In this document: piece after piece, positions 48,201 through 57,176 of the stretch
Numbering within the stretch: the stretch's first letter is position 1
How the letters are laid out: each line of letters begins with the position of its first letter
NCBI GenBank assembly: GCA_944391465.1
Contig: CALXTS010000006.1
Span: forward strand, 397-64,396
DNA: 64,000 nucleotides
From: an uncultured Alphaproteobacteria bacterium
GTDB taxonomy: Bacteria; Pseudomonadota; Alphaproteobacteria; RF32; CAG-239
Direction of reading: 5' to 3'
Translations under genes and position numbers: made by a program
The notes under the pieces: model-generated
Databases searched by the model: none
What the model saw: the letters and a program-made list of their open reading frames with translations, nothing else
What the model was told of the DNA's origin: nothing

Positions 48201-51200
48201 GTCAGACTTTGATAATCAGTGCTATACAGAAGACGGTGCCGTCGATATGACAAAGATTCGCGGCGGAACATCTTGTAATTTTGAATCATATGATCCGACC
48301 AAGACGAAATATTCTGAATGCTTACCACAATGTAATAACACATCATTAACGCCGGTTGTTACAAATGCTGAAGAATGTCCGATGGTAAACGGGCAACCGG
48401 CTAAAGTAACTACTCAATGCTTTAATAAATTCGGGGATGAGGCAAAATATTACGTATGTGGATGTCCGGATGGTTATCAGACTTTGGAAGAATATTGTGC
48501 AAGTTCGGAATCTGAAGGGCAAAAAGGTGTAACTTATGATGGTATATTCTATACAGAGGCAGAATGCTTGAAAAAGTTCACCGGAGTAGGTGTTGCTTGT
48601 ACATATGATAATTTGACCAGCAAAAAATACAATAATTTTGCCATCATCTGTCCGACGGATAGACCCCTGTTTTACAGTGCAGAAGAATGTGTATCCGAAG
48701 GAATCAACGGAACAGTTGAATCGACATGTTATGAAAAGGATAATTTATTACAGCAAAGAATTATTTGTAAGTGTCCGTCAGATTGGGTTGATATAAACGG
48801 AAAGGATGCCGGAGGAAATCAAGTTTGTACGGGAGATACCGAAGCCTCAGGTTTGCAATGTAGTTTTGATGGACTTGATGCAAATTCTATAAAATATGCT
48901 CAATGCTATACCAAATGCGATAAACTTCCGACGAATGGAAAAGGTATAACCTATATTGAAGAGGAAGAAGCCAGTGAGGCAGAGTGTAAACTTCTGCTAG
49001 GAGAAGGGGCAACATACGGCGTAAATGAAAAAGAACCGACTTGTAGTCGTAATCATAGCTTATTCTACCCATGCTATTGTGGAGCAGATTATGTGTCTCA
49101 ATGCTTGTTGAGTGATAATACACACCCTAAAGATGATGCTCTGGCATGTACAATAGGAGATGTAACCTATTACAAAGAAACAGATTGCCAAAACAACGAC
49201 TGCGTAGAAGAAAGTTCAACCGTTGCAATTGAAGCTGAGCCGGAAGGATATACAGGTACAGCGGAGGCTTATTGTCAAGAACATTATGGAGACGGCTCAA
49301 CCGGTATTTTCTGTAATGTTGATGGAAAAGCAAGCATCCAGTGTACATGTGATGCCAGAACATATACGGAAACTTGCGATTATCCTTACACTGTTCCTGT
49401 AAAAAAACCGGCAGCCGGTGGTAAGTCTTGGTGTAAGTATGGTGAAGGTTCAACTCTAATGAAAGATGGTCAAGACCACTTTAAGTTAGGGGAATGTAAA
49501 GTAAAAGATTTATTGGCCAAATGCGGTGAACATATTTTGAATAGTGACGGTACGGAAAATACGTCTTATACAATTAAAGTAACATCAACGGAAAATGAAT
49601 GTACAACAAAATATGGTACCGGAGCAAAAACACAATTATGTGAATACAGCTCAGATAACAATAAACGCGGTTATAACTGCTATTATAATTTGAGTGATTT
49701 TCCGGTAACGGAGGCATCATGTCCGGTTCGCCACGTTTTGAGTAAAGAATATATTATTGAAAACGGCGTATATCATTATAAATCTTGTGATTGCCACCAA
49801 GCCTATAAATATCATAAATACAACTGCGCCGGAATGCTAAGCGGCGGAGCATGTTCTCAAGTCGTTTCCAAAGATTTGGAAGTTTATGATGAAACATTGG
49901 AAGGTCAAATTGGCAATGAATTAACATTTTATCCATATTGCCAGTGCACACCGGACTATAATCAAGAATGTGACGGTGAGCGTAATGTCGGTGTTGGAAA
50001 ACCCTGTAACGGAAAATATTTAGCCTGTGAGTGTAAACCGGATGAATTACCTGAAAACTGGGCGGATAACTATTATGGATGTCCGGGAGGCAAGAAGCCT
50101 ACGGGAGTGATAAAACCAAACGGATGTGGCGGAAAATATTATCAATGTTCGGTAACCGAATGCACATGGCAACACACGGAAACTTGTCCGGAGCCGTTAA
50201 TAGGGGTTGATGCTTGCCAAGATAATTTAGGAAACATCGGTGGATATAAAAGTTGTCAGGTTCCATCTGAGTGGAAAATCTGTGCTGAAGATACAATAGG
50301 TAAGGGTGAGCCATTAATCTATAAAGGTAAGTACTATTACAAAGAATGTGTTGATCAAGGAACGTGCGTCCATGGAGAAACGCAAACTTGCCAAGCAGAG
50401 TATCTTGTTGGTGTAAATGCATGCACAAGAAATAATGTCACATATTTTGAATACTGTGTCTGTGCTAAAGGTTTTGATAAAATTTGTACTGACGGACAAG
50501 TCGGAGTAGGTACATCATGCAAATTAAATGGTGTTGAGTACTATGCAGCATGTGAAACACCGGCAACGGAATGTACCTCAGATCATAAATTGGCTTGTGA
50601 TACCAATCAGGAAAAATATGAACCATGCGTGAAGGATAATACAACGCTAATGTATAAGTGTCGTTGTCCGCAAAACTGGGAAAGCTGTTCTGAAACCGGT
50701 GCTGCATCGGGTGCTGAAAAATGTACGGATGTAAATGGTACGGTTTACAGCCAATGTGAAGTTACGGAAACCTGTAGCGCAAATCAAAGTCTGACATATT
50801 CCGTATGTACAAGTTCTCAAAAAGGAATGGGCGGAAGTTGTATTGAAGATGGGGTGATTAAATATGCCGTTTGCGAAGAAACATCATCCTGCCGATTAAA
50901 CGGATATCAATATGCATGTTTAGGTTTTGAAACCTCAGCGTTAGGAGACGATTATTGTATTGATGAAAACGGTAATAAACTTTACAAAGAATGTAAGTGC
51001 CCGAGCAATTATGTTGAATGTCCTAATAAAACCAATACCAAGGGGACATCATGTACTCCGCTGAATCAGAACGGAACTTCAGGAACGACAGTTTATGCAT
51101 CTTGTACCTGCAATGATACGATTTATAAATATGATTGTCAGGCAGCTGAAAGCGGAAGTGGCGGCAATGAAGGAATTATTCCGGCCGGAAAGAAATCTTG

Positions 51201-52869
51201 TACACCGGTTACCTATGACAGTGCAACAGGAGAAGCTGTTGAAGGGACAACGCTTTATGAGTCTTGTGATTGTGCTGAAGGATACCAATACACATGTACC
51301 GGAAACGGACATTTTGTAGAGACAGGACAGGGTTATTGCCAAAAATACAGCAATGCAGCGAAATTATACAAATATTGTAATTGTGAAGAACAGTATCAGT
51401 ATTTGTGTACGGCAGATGAAAGCGGAAGAGGAATAGGTTTAACAGCACCACAAGATGAGAGTAAAAAGTGTACGCCGTTAGGTGGTGATAGTACAACAAA
51501 ATATTCAGAATGTCAGTGTGGCAATGAATATAACTTGACATGTGAAGGAAATGCTCAACAGCCGGGAAATGGCTATTGTTTAGGTGAAGATGGAGTAACC
51601 TATTACAATACTTGTACTTGTGATACGACTATATTCCAGTTTGATTGCAAAGCATCAGGTGCAAACAAAGGGGTCACGGTTCCGTCAACAACCAGTGATA
51701 AACGTTGCTTAGAACAAAAGTATGTTAATGGGTTGTTGACATCTACACAAAGATATATGGGCTGTAGCTGTAAGTCTGATTATAAATATCAATGTTATGA
51801 TGATTCCGAAAAAATTCCTGGTAGTAGCGAGAATTACACAAGCAGCAAATATGAAAGCAATGACAGTGATTATTGCGAAACGGCAGAAATGACTTCTCAG
51901 GAAGTATCAGGAGAAGATGGTTCAACCAGCACAGAATGGGTAATTGGAGAAACAACGAGAAAATATCAAAAATGTGAATGTCTGGGAAACTATATCACAC
52001 AGTCGGAATGCCAAGCAAAAGCCAATCAGTATGATTGGACAACAACTGAAGATCAAATGACAGATTATTGTTTAGAGGTCAGTAACAGTGGAACCATAAC
52101 CAAAAAGTACAATGAATCTTATTGCGGTTGTGTTCCAAATAAAACTCAAGATGAGTATGAAGATGACGGATATTGGTTATCATCAGTTAATGATCCGACA
52201 GCAAGCAGTGCAACCCGCACAATATTTGAACAAGAGGTTAAAGCAAAGTGTAATGATGAAAGAAACTTTGAATATGTTAAAGATGGATGCGGAAAAGTTT
52301 GGGCTAAATGCTTAAAAAAAGATTGGTATACTAATGAAAGCTGTGCAACCCGTTCAACAAAGGAGGCTCCGGATAGCGTAGTAAAATGGGTTGGAACCGG
52401 AAGTTCCGAAAGTTTAAAAAATACATTTGGAACATACGTCACTTTATATGAATCATGCGGATGCCCATCCAGTAATACGGTTGTAGATTGCGATAAATAC
52501 AGTGTTGTAACACAGGACACAAATCTATTCTGCACCAATTCTCCGTGGTATGGAAGTTACTATAATGGAAAGAATAAAAAAGAAGGATGTGCAGTACAAA
52601 GTGATAAAGGAACTCAACTAATAGTCAAATTAGATGAGAATACTATGTGTATCACTCCGGATGGAGAAAAAAAGTATCAGAGATGTAAGTGCAAAGAGAT
52701 ATATGATATGTCAGTTTATCCGGGATGTATGACTAAATTCCAAGGAGACCCGAGTAAAGCAGCCGATGATGCGGCATGTTGGGAATATGGAAGACGTGTT
52801 ATTACATATAATGGAGGCGGTGCTCAAAATGATTGTAGTTGTGTCTATCCATATAAAACAAGCTGTTAA
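45265..52869 (+). CDS. Giant secreted cysteine-rich C-x-C repeat protein (2534 aa), family unknown
   Basis: One uninterrupted 7.6-kb ORF. Signal peptide MLRLKKFILFLSVLFIAKIAVAA. Dozens of Y-x-x-C-x-C-x(2-3)-[YFW]-x(1-5)-C modules. No TM segment, enzymatic motif or known secretion/anchor domain that I recognise. Confidence 0.85.
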   Translation: MLRLKKFILFLSVLFIAKIAVAAIVSINETQFSSRSLSSPLNSDDGGYTSTYSGVECGYYTSYTAEDCQSVLGVSSASEYTATECDGGKYTCTCSSVYSKTCDGSDEIPSGPSCKSTDSEGNPILKYKECKALSTLNCADIKGEEVTSESDCRTLLGRSYMEGSYLSCSEDDATKQFCAYPHCSVLENRSEDATKTFTNTAPSQADAIQNGKCYDSSGDVLDVWYCPTSYTELLMPTCTDDRSPIICDLQTTTLYKPECQYPDCTSSNMTVMNNRTVITTSLTPKSSCPSSGFLAGVKGKMCYIDKTTDDKGENTDKNLYNTCTCPEEYAYTAESCKLEEGDIEGAEVVPIVSRQAVPSFYTFTSSGSTYTVSGLQYYDYCYWDAQNSGPVGDAFCSSNYTSGTSAYNTCMQHKGLSAEFDTAKFKYKGCASLCPTTKYADLMEVSVAEGTSMNGCAAQDAEVVRCAVPVSTINTDPGYDSYLLNNKIANVKINSISNDNGGVSYSGAFGLTDISTKDFYFEKAYCRCPDSYKVTCPSGTIPGGKECITEDGVVKYQLCLPVCDETTEGKKITSNPTTESCEGISQKYNNEGGDSDLASGKWFCANAASSSGTGYSKSTCASSIGTIKICCLENGDGTTSKTCYSNFVPGGKTGSYQYCFPYGETPPHQACFKNEYETEEAYWQCSCVNYRSEEDCQAQDEKLHGAGKICTLEGKTTPKYETCSAACANDGSEYIAATTEECKLSNGVQTPYEACYIAGSETEQYRCSCPESGYTSIKDHCESEYTDPEEINTCQSYTIGLGIPCEFEAYKDNTTQAYLIKYEGFATRCSFYTKTEGESITIADSLNKCQMGNEIANDPCYMDVNDLRYVCRCPKAYISLDEYCAGVVASGELDDNGQAYTLETCKSVYVGEGVPCSFDVDKTTKLKIDKFTKFSKRCPTDRPVFDNPSDCSINGSTPQYTVCYNENNQGVAKYVCSCPSDFDNQCYTEDGAVDMTKIRGGTSCNFESYDPTKTKYSECLPQCNNTSLTPVVTNAEECPMVNGQPAKVTTQCFNKFGDEAKYYVCGCPDGYQTLEEYCASSESEGQKGVTYDGIFYTEAECLKKFTGVGVACTYDNLTSKKYNNFAIICPTDRPLFYSAEECVSEGINGTVESTCYEKDNLLQQRIICKCPSDWVDINGKDAGGNQVCTGDTEASGLQCSFDGLDANSIKYAQCYTKCDKLPTNGKGITYIEEEEASEAECKLLLGEGATYGVNEKEPTCSRNHSLFYPCYCGADYVSQCLLSDNTHPKDDALACTIGDVTYYKETDCQNNDCVEESSTVAIEAEPEGYTGTAEAYCQEHYGDGSTGIFCNVDGKASIQCTCDARTYTETCDYPYTVPVKKPAAGGKSWCKYGEGSTLMKDGQDHFKLGECKVKDLLAKCGEHILNSDGTENTSYTIKVTSTENECTTKYGTGAKTQLCEYSSDNNKRGYNCYYNLSDFPVTEASCPVRHVLSKEYIIENGVYHYKSCDCHQAYKYHKYNCAGMLSGGACSQVVSKDLEVYDETLEGQIGNELTFYPYCQCTPDYNQECDGERNVGVGKPCNGKYLACECKPDELPENWADNYYGCPGGKKPTGVIKPNGCGGKYYQCSVTECTWQHTETCPEPLIGVDACQDNLGNIGGYKSCQVPSEWKICAEDTIGKGEPLIYKGKYYYKECVDQGTCVHGETQTCQAEYLVGVNACTRNNVTYFEYCVCAKGFDKICTDGQVGVGTSCKLNGVEYYAACETPATECTSDHKLACDTNQEKYEPCVKDNTTLMYKCRCPQNWESCSETGAASGAEKCTDVNGTVYSQCEVTETCSANQSLTYSVCTSSQKGMGGSCIEDGVIKYAVCEETSSCRLNGYQYACLGFETSALGDDYCIDENGNKLYKECKCPSNYVECPNKTNTKGTSCTPLNQNGTSGTTVYASCTCNDTIYKYDCQAAESGSGGNEGIIPAGKKSCTPVTYDSATGEAVEGTTLYESCDCAEGYQYTCTGNGHFVETGQGYCQKYSNAAKLYKYCNCEEQYQYLCTADESGRGIGLTAPQDESKKCTPLGGDSTTKYSECQCGNEYNLTCEGNAQQPGNGYCLGEDGVTYYNTCTCDTTIFQFDCKASGANKGVTVPSTTSDKRCLEQKYVNGLLTSTQRYMGCSCKSDYKYQCYDDSEKIPGSSENYTSSKYESNDSDYCETAEMTSQEVSGEDGSTSTEWVIGETTRKYQKCECLGNYITQSECQAKANQYDWTTTEDQMTDYCLEVSNSGTITKKYNESYCGCVPNKTQDEYEDDGYWLSSVNDPTASSATRTIFEQEVKAKCNDERNFEYVKDGCGKVWAKCLKKDWYTNESCATRSTKEAPDSVVKWVGTGSSESLKNTFGTYVTLYESCGCPSSNTVVDCDKYSVVTQDTNLFCTNSPWYGSYYNGKNKKEGCAVQSDKGTQLIVKLDENTMCITPDGEKKYQRCKCKEIYDMSVYPGCMTKFQGDPSKAADDAACWEYGRRVITYNGGGAQNDCSCVYPYKTSC
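47557..49080 (+). repeat. Five diverged tandem ~90-105 aa repeats inside the giant ORF
   Basis: Repeat units start at 47557 (YRCSCPESGY), 47869 (YVCRCPKAY), 48184 (YVCSCPSDF), 48451 (YVCGCPDGY) and 48763 (IICKCPSDW). The series closes at 49066 (YPCYCGADY). Each unit carries an internal G-x-G-x-x-C-x-[FY]-[DE] element. Confidence 0.8.
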
Positions 52870-52922
52870 GAATAATAGAAAATTATAGCATTTTACATAA
52901 CAGCAAAGCATTAAAAAATCCC

Positions 52923-52960
52923 CCTCAGATTTAACTGAGGGGGATTAGATTTTAAGAAGA
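52923..52960. terminator. Bidirectional terminator between the giant ORF and convergent flgL
   Basis: AATCCCCCTCAG ... CTGAGGGGGATT (a 12-bp perfect stem). Confidence 0.8.
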
Positions 52961-52964
52961 GCGT

Positions 52965-54926
52965 TTATTTCAAATAATTGAGTAAAGATACACTCATCAT
53001 AGACTGCATAACAGAGTATGAGGCTTGCAAAGTATTCAGAGCTTCAAGAGCTTTAACCGTCGCTTCAGTTTTATCAACGGTTTTCATACTGTCAACGCTG
53101 GTTTGCATGTTATTTTGAACAAGAGTTAAAGCCTCATCGTTATTATTCAAAACAACAGAGTTGTTACTGAGTTTTGTAATAATGGTGTATAAATTCGAAT
53201 TAAGTTCTCCGTTTGTATTTCCATTGTTATAAACGGCATCATTTATAAGTGTTGAAACCTCTTCTAAAAGATCATAAGTCTTTTCACTATCAATCAATCC
53301 ATCAACTTCTTCGGCCGGATTTCTGGTATCAACAATGTTTCCTTGAGCCATTTGCCCAAGAGCTCTGAAAAGTTTTTCAAAAGCGCTGTTGTTACCTGTA
53401 ACGTCTAAAGTAATCGTTCTGTCAGAAGAGATTCTTCTTTCCGAAGTAAAATTCCCACCGCTGTAATAAGATTGAGTACTAAGGCTCCAACGACTGGAGG
53501 CTTCTACTTCCGTTTGGGTTTCGGGAATACGATTAGCCGTGACAGTCAAAGTTCTACCATCATCACTAATTCCGGTAACCTGAACCGTCGTTGGTAAGTT
53601 TTTATCTGTAAAACCGGATAAATCAACAACAGATCCGATGGAAAAAGAAGAACTGAATTTAACAGGATCATCTCCTGCGGCAAAATCAACCGTAGCAGTG
53701 TCCGTAACCATTTTATCGGAAAGTTGATTATCTTCAAAAACAATAGTCTTTCCGTCTTCAGAAACCGATTTAACCGTATAAACACCATCTAAACCATTAT
53801 TAGTTCCTTCCATAACTAAGGTGTCGCCGGCTTTATAAGCAAAGAATGCCCCGTATTCACTGGCACGAACAGAATTCTTGTCTTTGTTAAAAGTCAAGTT
53901 TCCGGTTGTTTCGCTGTTTGCGGTTAAAGTATCTTTAAAAAATCCACCCGCATTTTCCGCGCTGATAGTCATGGTATTATCACCGGTAGGTGTAAATGTC
54001 AGCTTTCCGGTATCTTCAGCATCAACAAAACGATTAGCTAAGTTAGCATTTGGTGTAGAGGGATAAGAAATATTAATCCCGTCATAATAAGCCTGAAATT
54101 CTTCCAAAGAAGAGAACGGAAAGCTAACCGGGGCTTCGGTATTATTACCGCCGCCAAAGACATATTTCCCGTTGACCTGGGTATTAAGAGCATCAGCTAA
54201 CAATTGCATAGTTGTAAAAGCAAATTGTTGCAATTGTTTTAACTCTTGGAATTGCTCAGAGTTCATTTCATGCGGTTCACCTGTTTCCACACCATTTGCA
54301 TTTAAAACAGAAGATGTCCCGTTGATGGTGTAAAGAGGCATTTGTAAAGCCCCGTCCTCATTAAAAATAATATCAGGATTTTTAGCATGAACTTTATCAT
54401 AAAGCGCCTGCATTACGGCATCAGCATATCCTTCATCACCGGGATTTAAAGGATTTCCCTCAGCATCTGTAAGGTTAGAGATATCAATATTATCTCCGTT
54501 GTTATTATCCGTAAAAGTATATTGAACTCCGTCAATTGTAATTGTCTCATTACTATAAACGTCATTATTATCGGTAAATTTAATTTCACCGCCGGTGTAG
54601 TCAGGAGTAATTTTTTTCAAATCCATCCCACTAAAAGAATTCATCATACTTTTGAGATCATTAACGGCATCGGTAACCGTTTCCATAGCCGTATTCATGG
54701 CATCCATCTCAATTTTAAGATTTTTATTATTCTCCAAATAAGATTCTGTCATGGAGATGGAAGACTCTAAACTGACGATAGTACCGGCTTGAGAACCATA
54801 TCCGGCATAGGTAGGAGCTTTAAGCCCTGTAGTTGCCTGATAAGAATACAAATTTAACTGACTCTTCGTTGAAAGAGACTGGTTCAATAAATTCATATAA
54901 GTTGCATATGTAGGAACTCTAGTCAT
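52965..54926 (-). CDS. flgL: Flagellar hook-associated protein 3 (FlgL), long form
   Basis: Flagellin-like N-terminus (RVPTYATYMNLLNQSLSTKSQL) and C-terminus (LQASYSVMQSMMSVSLLNYL). It is the last gene after flgK. 653 aa with a large central insert. Confidence 0.75.
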   Translation of the reverse strand: MTRVPTYATYMNLLNQSLSTKSQLNLYSYQATTGLKAPTYAGYGSQAGTIVSLESSISMTESYLENNKNLKIEMDAMNTAMETVTDAVNDLKSMMNSFSGMDLKKITPDYTGGEIKFTDNNDVYSNETITIDGVQYTFTDNNNGDNIDISNLTDAEGNPLNPGDEGYADAVMQALYDKVHAKNPDIIFNEDGALQMPLYTINGTSSVLNANGVETGEPHEMNSEQFQELKQLQQFAFTTMQLLADALNTQVNGKYVFGGGNNTEAPVSFPFSSLEEFQAYYDGINISYPSTPNANLANRFVDAEDTGKLTFTPTGDNTMTISAENAGGFFKDTLTANSETTGNLTFNKDKNSVRASEYGAFFAYKAGDTLVMEGTNNGLDGVYTVKSVSEDGKTIVFEDNQLSDKMVTDTATVDFAAGDDPVKFSSSFSIGSVVDLSGFTDKNLPTTVQVTGISDDGRTLTVTANRIPETQTEVEASSRWSLSTQSYYSGGNFTSERRISSDRTITLDVTGNNSAFEKLFRALGQMAQGNIVDTRNPAEEVDGLIDSEKTYDLLEEVSTLINDAVYNNGNTNGELNSNLYTIITKLSNNSVVLNNNDEALTLVQNNMQTSVDSMKTVDKTEATVKALEALNTLQASYSVMQSMMSVSLLNYLK

Positions 54927-54937
54927 GTTTCATCTCC

Positions 54938-57166
54938 TTACTGAACAATCCCAAGCAGCATATCTAAAAGCTCTTTTGAGGCGGTAAAAGCCTGAGCGCA
55001 AGCTGCATAAGTTTGTTGGAAAATAATCATTTGCCCTAATTCTTCATCAATATCCACGCCGCTGAGCTGAGCTTCTTTAGTTGCAATGGAAGACGTGAGC
55101 TGAGATTGATAAGTCGCATTGCTTTCCAAAGTGCTGGCCATGGAAGAAATATTTCCGACAAAAGTTGAGGCATAATTGGATAAAGTTGTTTTCGTCTGAG
55201 AAATTGTACCGCTCTGCTTAAATTCAGTATTTCCAACAAAAACCTCAGCCATAGCGTTAGCTGTTGCATTACTAGCAGCATTTTGAACATATTCGCCTTT
55301 AGACTTATCATACTCGGGAACTCCGGCGGCAATCAGTTCGGAAGTTACTAATAAGTCGCTTCTGACACTGAGAGATTCAGCGGCCATTGCGCTGGACGGA
55401 GCCAAACCGATTTTATCAAGTAAACCGGACGCTGTTCCTCCGGGGGCTACATTTTCAGTAATTTCAAGTTGTGTGCCGTCATAATTGCTGATGCGTAACA
55501 TATATCCGCTTCCGTTCTTAATCACAGAAGCCTTTATTGTCTGGCTTAAAACCGGATCATTATTGATTGAATTAGCAATATCGGCAATTGTATCTGTAGG
55601 TTTGATAACAACGGTACCGACTTGTCCGTTATGAGCTTTATCAGAAAAACTCAGTGTAACCGTATCTCTGATACCCAAAGAACTGTTAATATTCATGACC
55701 TTAGAGTCATAAGTCGAAACTTCGGAATTGCTGACAAAAAAGTTATTAAGCCCGAAGAAGTTTGAAAAACCACTATGTGTGGTATCAAAAACACCATCTC
55801 CGTTAGCATCAAAACGAATAGTCGCATCTTTTTGTTCTGAACCGATATTTGAGCTGGATTCATCAATAATGGACAAACCATATTCGCTGTCTCCGGTTTC
55901 AATAATTAATTTTCCTTCAGCATTAACATAAACTTTCGCATCCGGAAGCTGAGGACCATCGGCATCATTCTTAAGCCAGTTCTCTAAAGTCGCAGCTAAA
56001 CTTGTACTATCAGCCGGACGATTACCGTCAATATCGGCATCATCAATCACACCTTGAGTAAATCCTAAATCTCCTTTAAGAGAGGCTGTAGAAACTTGTT
56101 TTCCGTCAGAATCAAAGATAATAAAGCGTACATCGCCGTTTTCAATACTGATTTGTTGTGTTGCCGGCGTAATAAAAGTACGCGAGCCAGACAATGTATC
56201 CGGAGTATCAGGATAAGCGGTACCACGGTTATGAACCTGATTGATTTGGTCGCGGAGATTTATGGCAAGCTCATCAATTTGCGACTGTAAAGATGGAAGC
56301 GTCGTATCTCTGATTTCAATTAAACCTTGCAATGTTCCGCCTTTAATTTTGGTAGTAATATCCTTCCCATCCACAAAGATACCCTGAATATGTCCGCTTT
56401 CATAAGAAGTAGTAGGGCTAGCAGAGACAATTGCACTATGAGAAAGCAAATGAGGCTCATCATCAACCAGCATCACGCCGTCGGTTGTCTGAACAACCAT
56501 TTGTCCGTTATCTCTCGTAAAATAAGTAATATCCATCTTTTCACTGAGAGAGCGAAGAACCTGATCACGCTGATCTTGTAAATCAGCGATATCATTAGAA
56601 CCCAAAACAGAATATTTGACAATTTCATCATTAAGATTGTCCAACTGTGTAATCAAGCTGTTTATGGTCTGAACCTCTTCAGCAATTTGTTTGTCTGCGT
56701 CAACACGTTGCTTTTGAATTTCTTGAGAAACATAGTTTAAGCGATTGGTTATAGTCTCAGCTTGAGAAATAAGCTCATATCGGCTTGCGGAAGAGGAGGC
56801 GTCGGTTGAAAATTTTTCAAAAGCAGCTTGCAAACTGGCAACATTTGCCGCAAGAGAATTATTATTTTCCGGAGAACCGAGCAAAGATTCCGTTTTACTT
56901 AAATAATCACTTTGAACCGTCAAACTACTGGAAGACGCACTTGAAACTAAGTAACTTTTAAGCAAGCCTTGGTCAACCTGTCGAGTAATATTTCCCAACG
57001 TAACACCTTGGCTGTATCCGCCCAAGATTACGTTTTTCTGGTTTGCCGTTTTTCGGCTGTAACCTTCGGTATCGACATTGCTGATATTACGGCTGATAAG
57101 CTCTAATTGAGATTGCGCCGTTTTCATACCGGTTAAAGAGGTTGTTAAACTGTTTATCATTCCCAT
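54938..57166 (-). CDS. flgK: Flagellar hook-associated protein 1 (FlgK)
   Basis: N-terminal LTGMKTAQSQLELISRNISNVDTEGYSRK and C-terminal DIDEELGQMIIFQQTYAACAQ. Confidence 0.9.
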   Translation of the reverse strand: MGMINSLTTSLTGMKTAQSQLELISRNISNVDTEGYSRKTANQKNVILGGYSQGVTLGNITRQVDQGLLKSYLVSSASSSSLTVQSDYLSKTESLLGSPENNNSLAANVASLQAAFEKFSTDASSSASRYELISQAETITNRLNYVSQEIQKQRVDADKQIAEEVQTINSLITQLDNLNDEIVKYSVLGSNDIADLQDQRDQVLRSLSEKMDITYFTRDNGQMVVQTTDGVMLVDDEPHLLSHSAIVSASPTTSYESGHIQGIFVDGKDITTKIKGGTLQGLIEIRDTTLPSLQSQIDELAINLRDQINQVHNRGTAYPDTPDTLSGSRTFITPATQQISIENGDVRFIIFDSDGKQVSTASLKGDLGFTQGVIDDADIDGNRPADSTSLAATLENWLKNDADGPQLPDAKVYVNAEGKLIIETGDSEYGLSIIDESSSNIGSEQKDATIRFDANGDGVFDTTHSGFSNFFGLNNFFVSNSEVSTYDSKVMNINSSLGIRDTVTLSFSDKAHNGQVGTVVIKPTDTIADIANSINNDPVLSQTIKASVIKNGSGYMLRISNYDGTQLEITENVAPGGTASGLLDKIGLAPSSAMAAESLSVRSDLLVTSELIAAGVPEYDKSKGEYVQNAASNATANAMAEVFVGNTEFKQSGTISQTKTTLSNYASTFVGNISSMASTLESNATYQSQLTSSIATKEAQLSGVDIDEELGQMIIFQQTYAACAQAFTASKELLDMLLGIVQ

Positions 57167-57176
57167 GGTGAGCCTC

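Noticed and set aside
45441-52911. About 25 antisense or out-of-frame ORFs of 60-145 aa inside the giant gene (for example 47279-47716, 49127-49453 and 52146-52538 on the minus strand).
   Set aside because: All are nested in the 7.6-kb ORF and have odd, low-complexity compositions (runs of L/H/Y/F). They lack RBS or signal features and are best explained as by-products of the codon bias of the sense frame.
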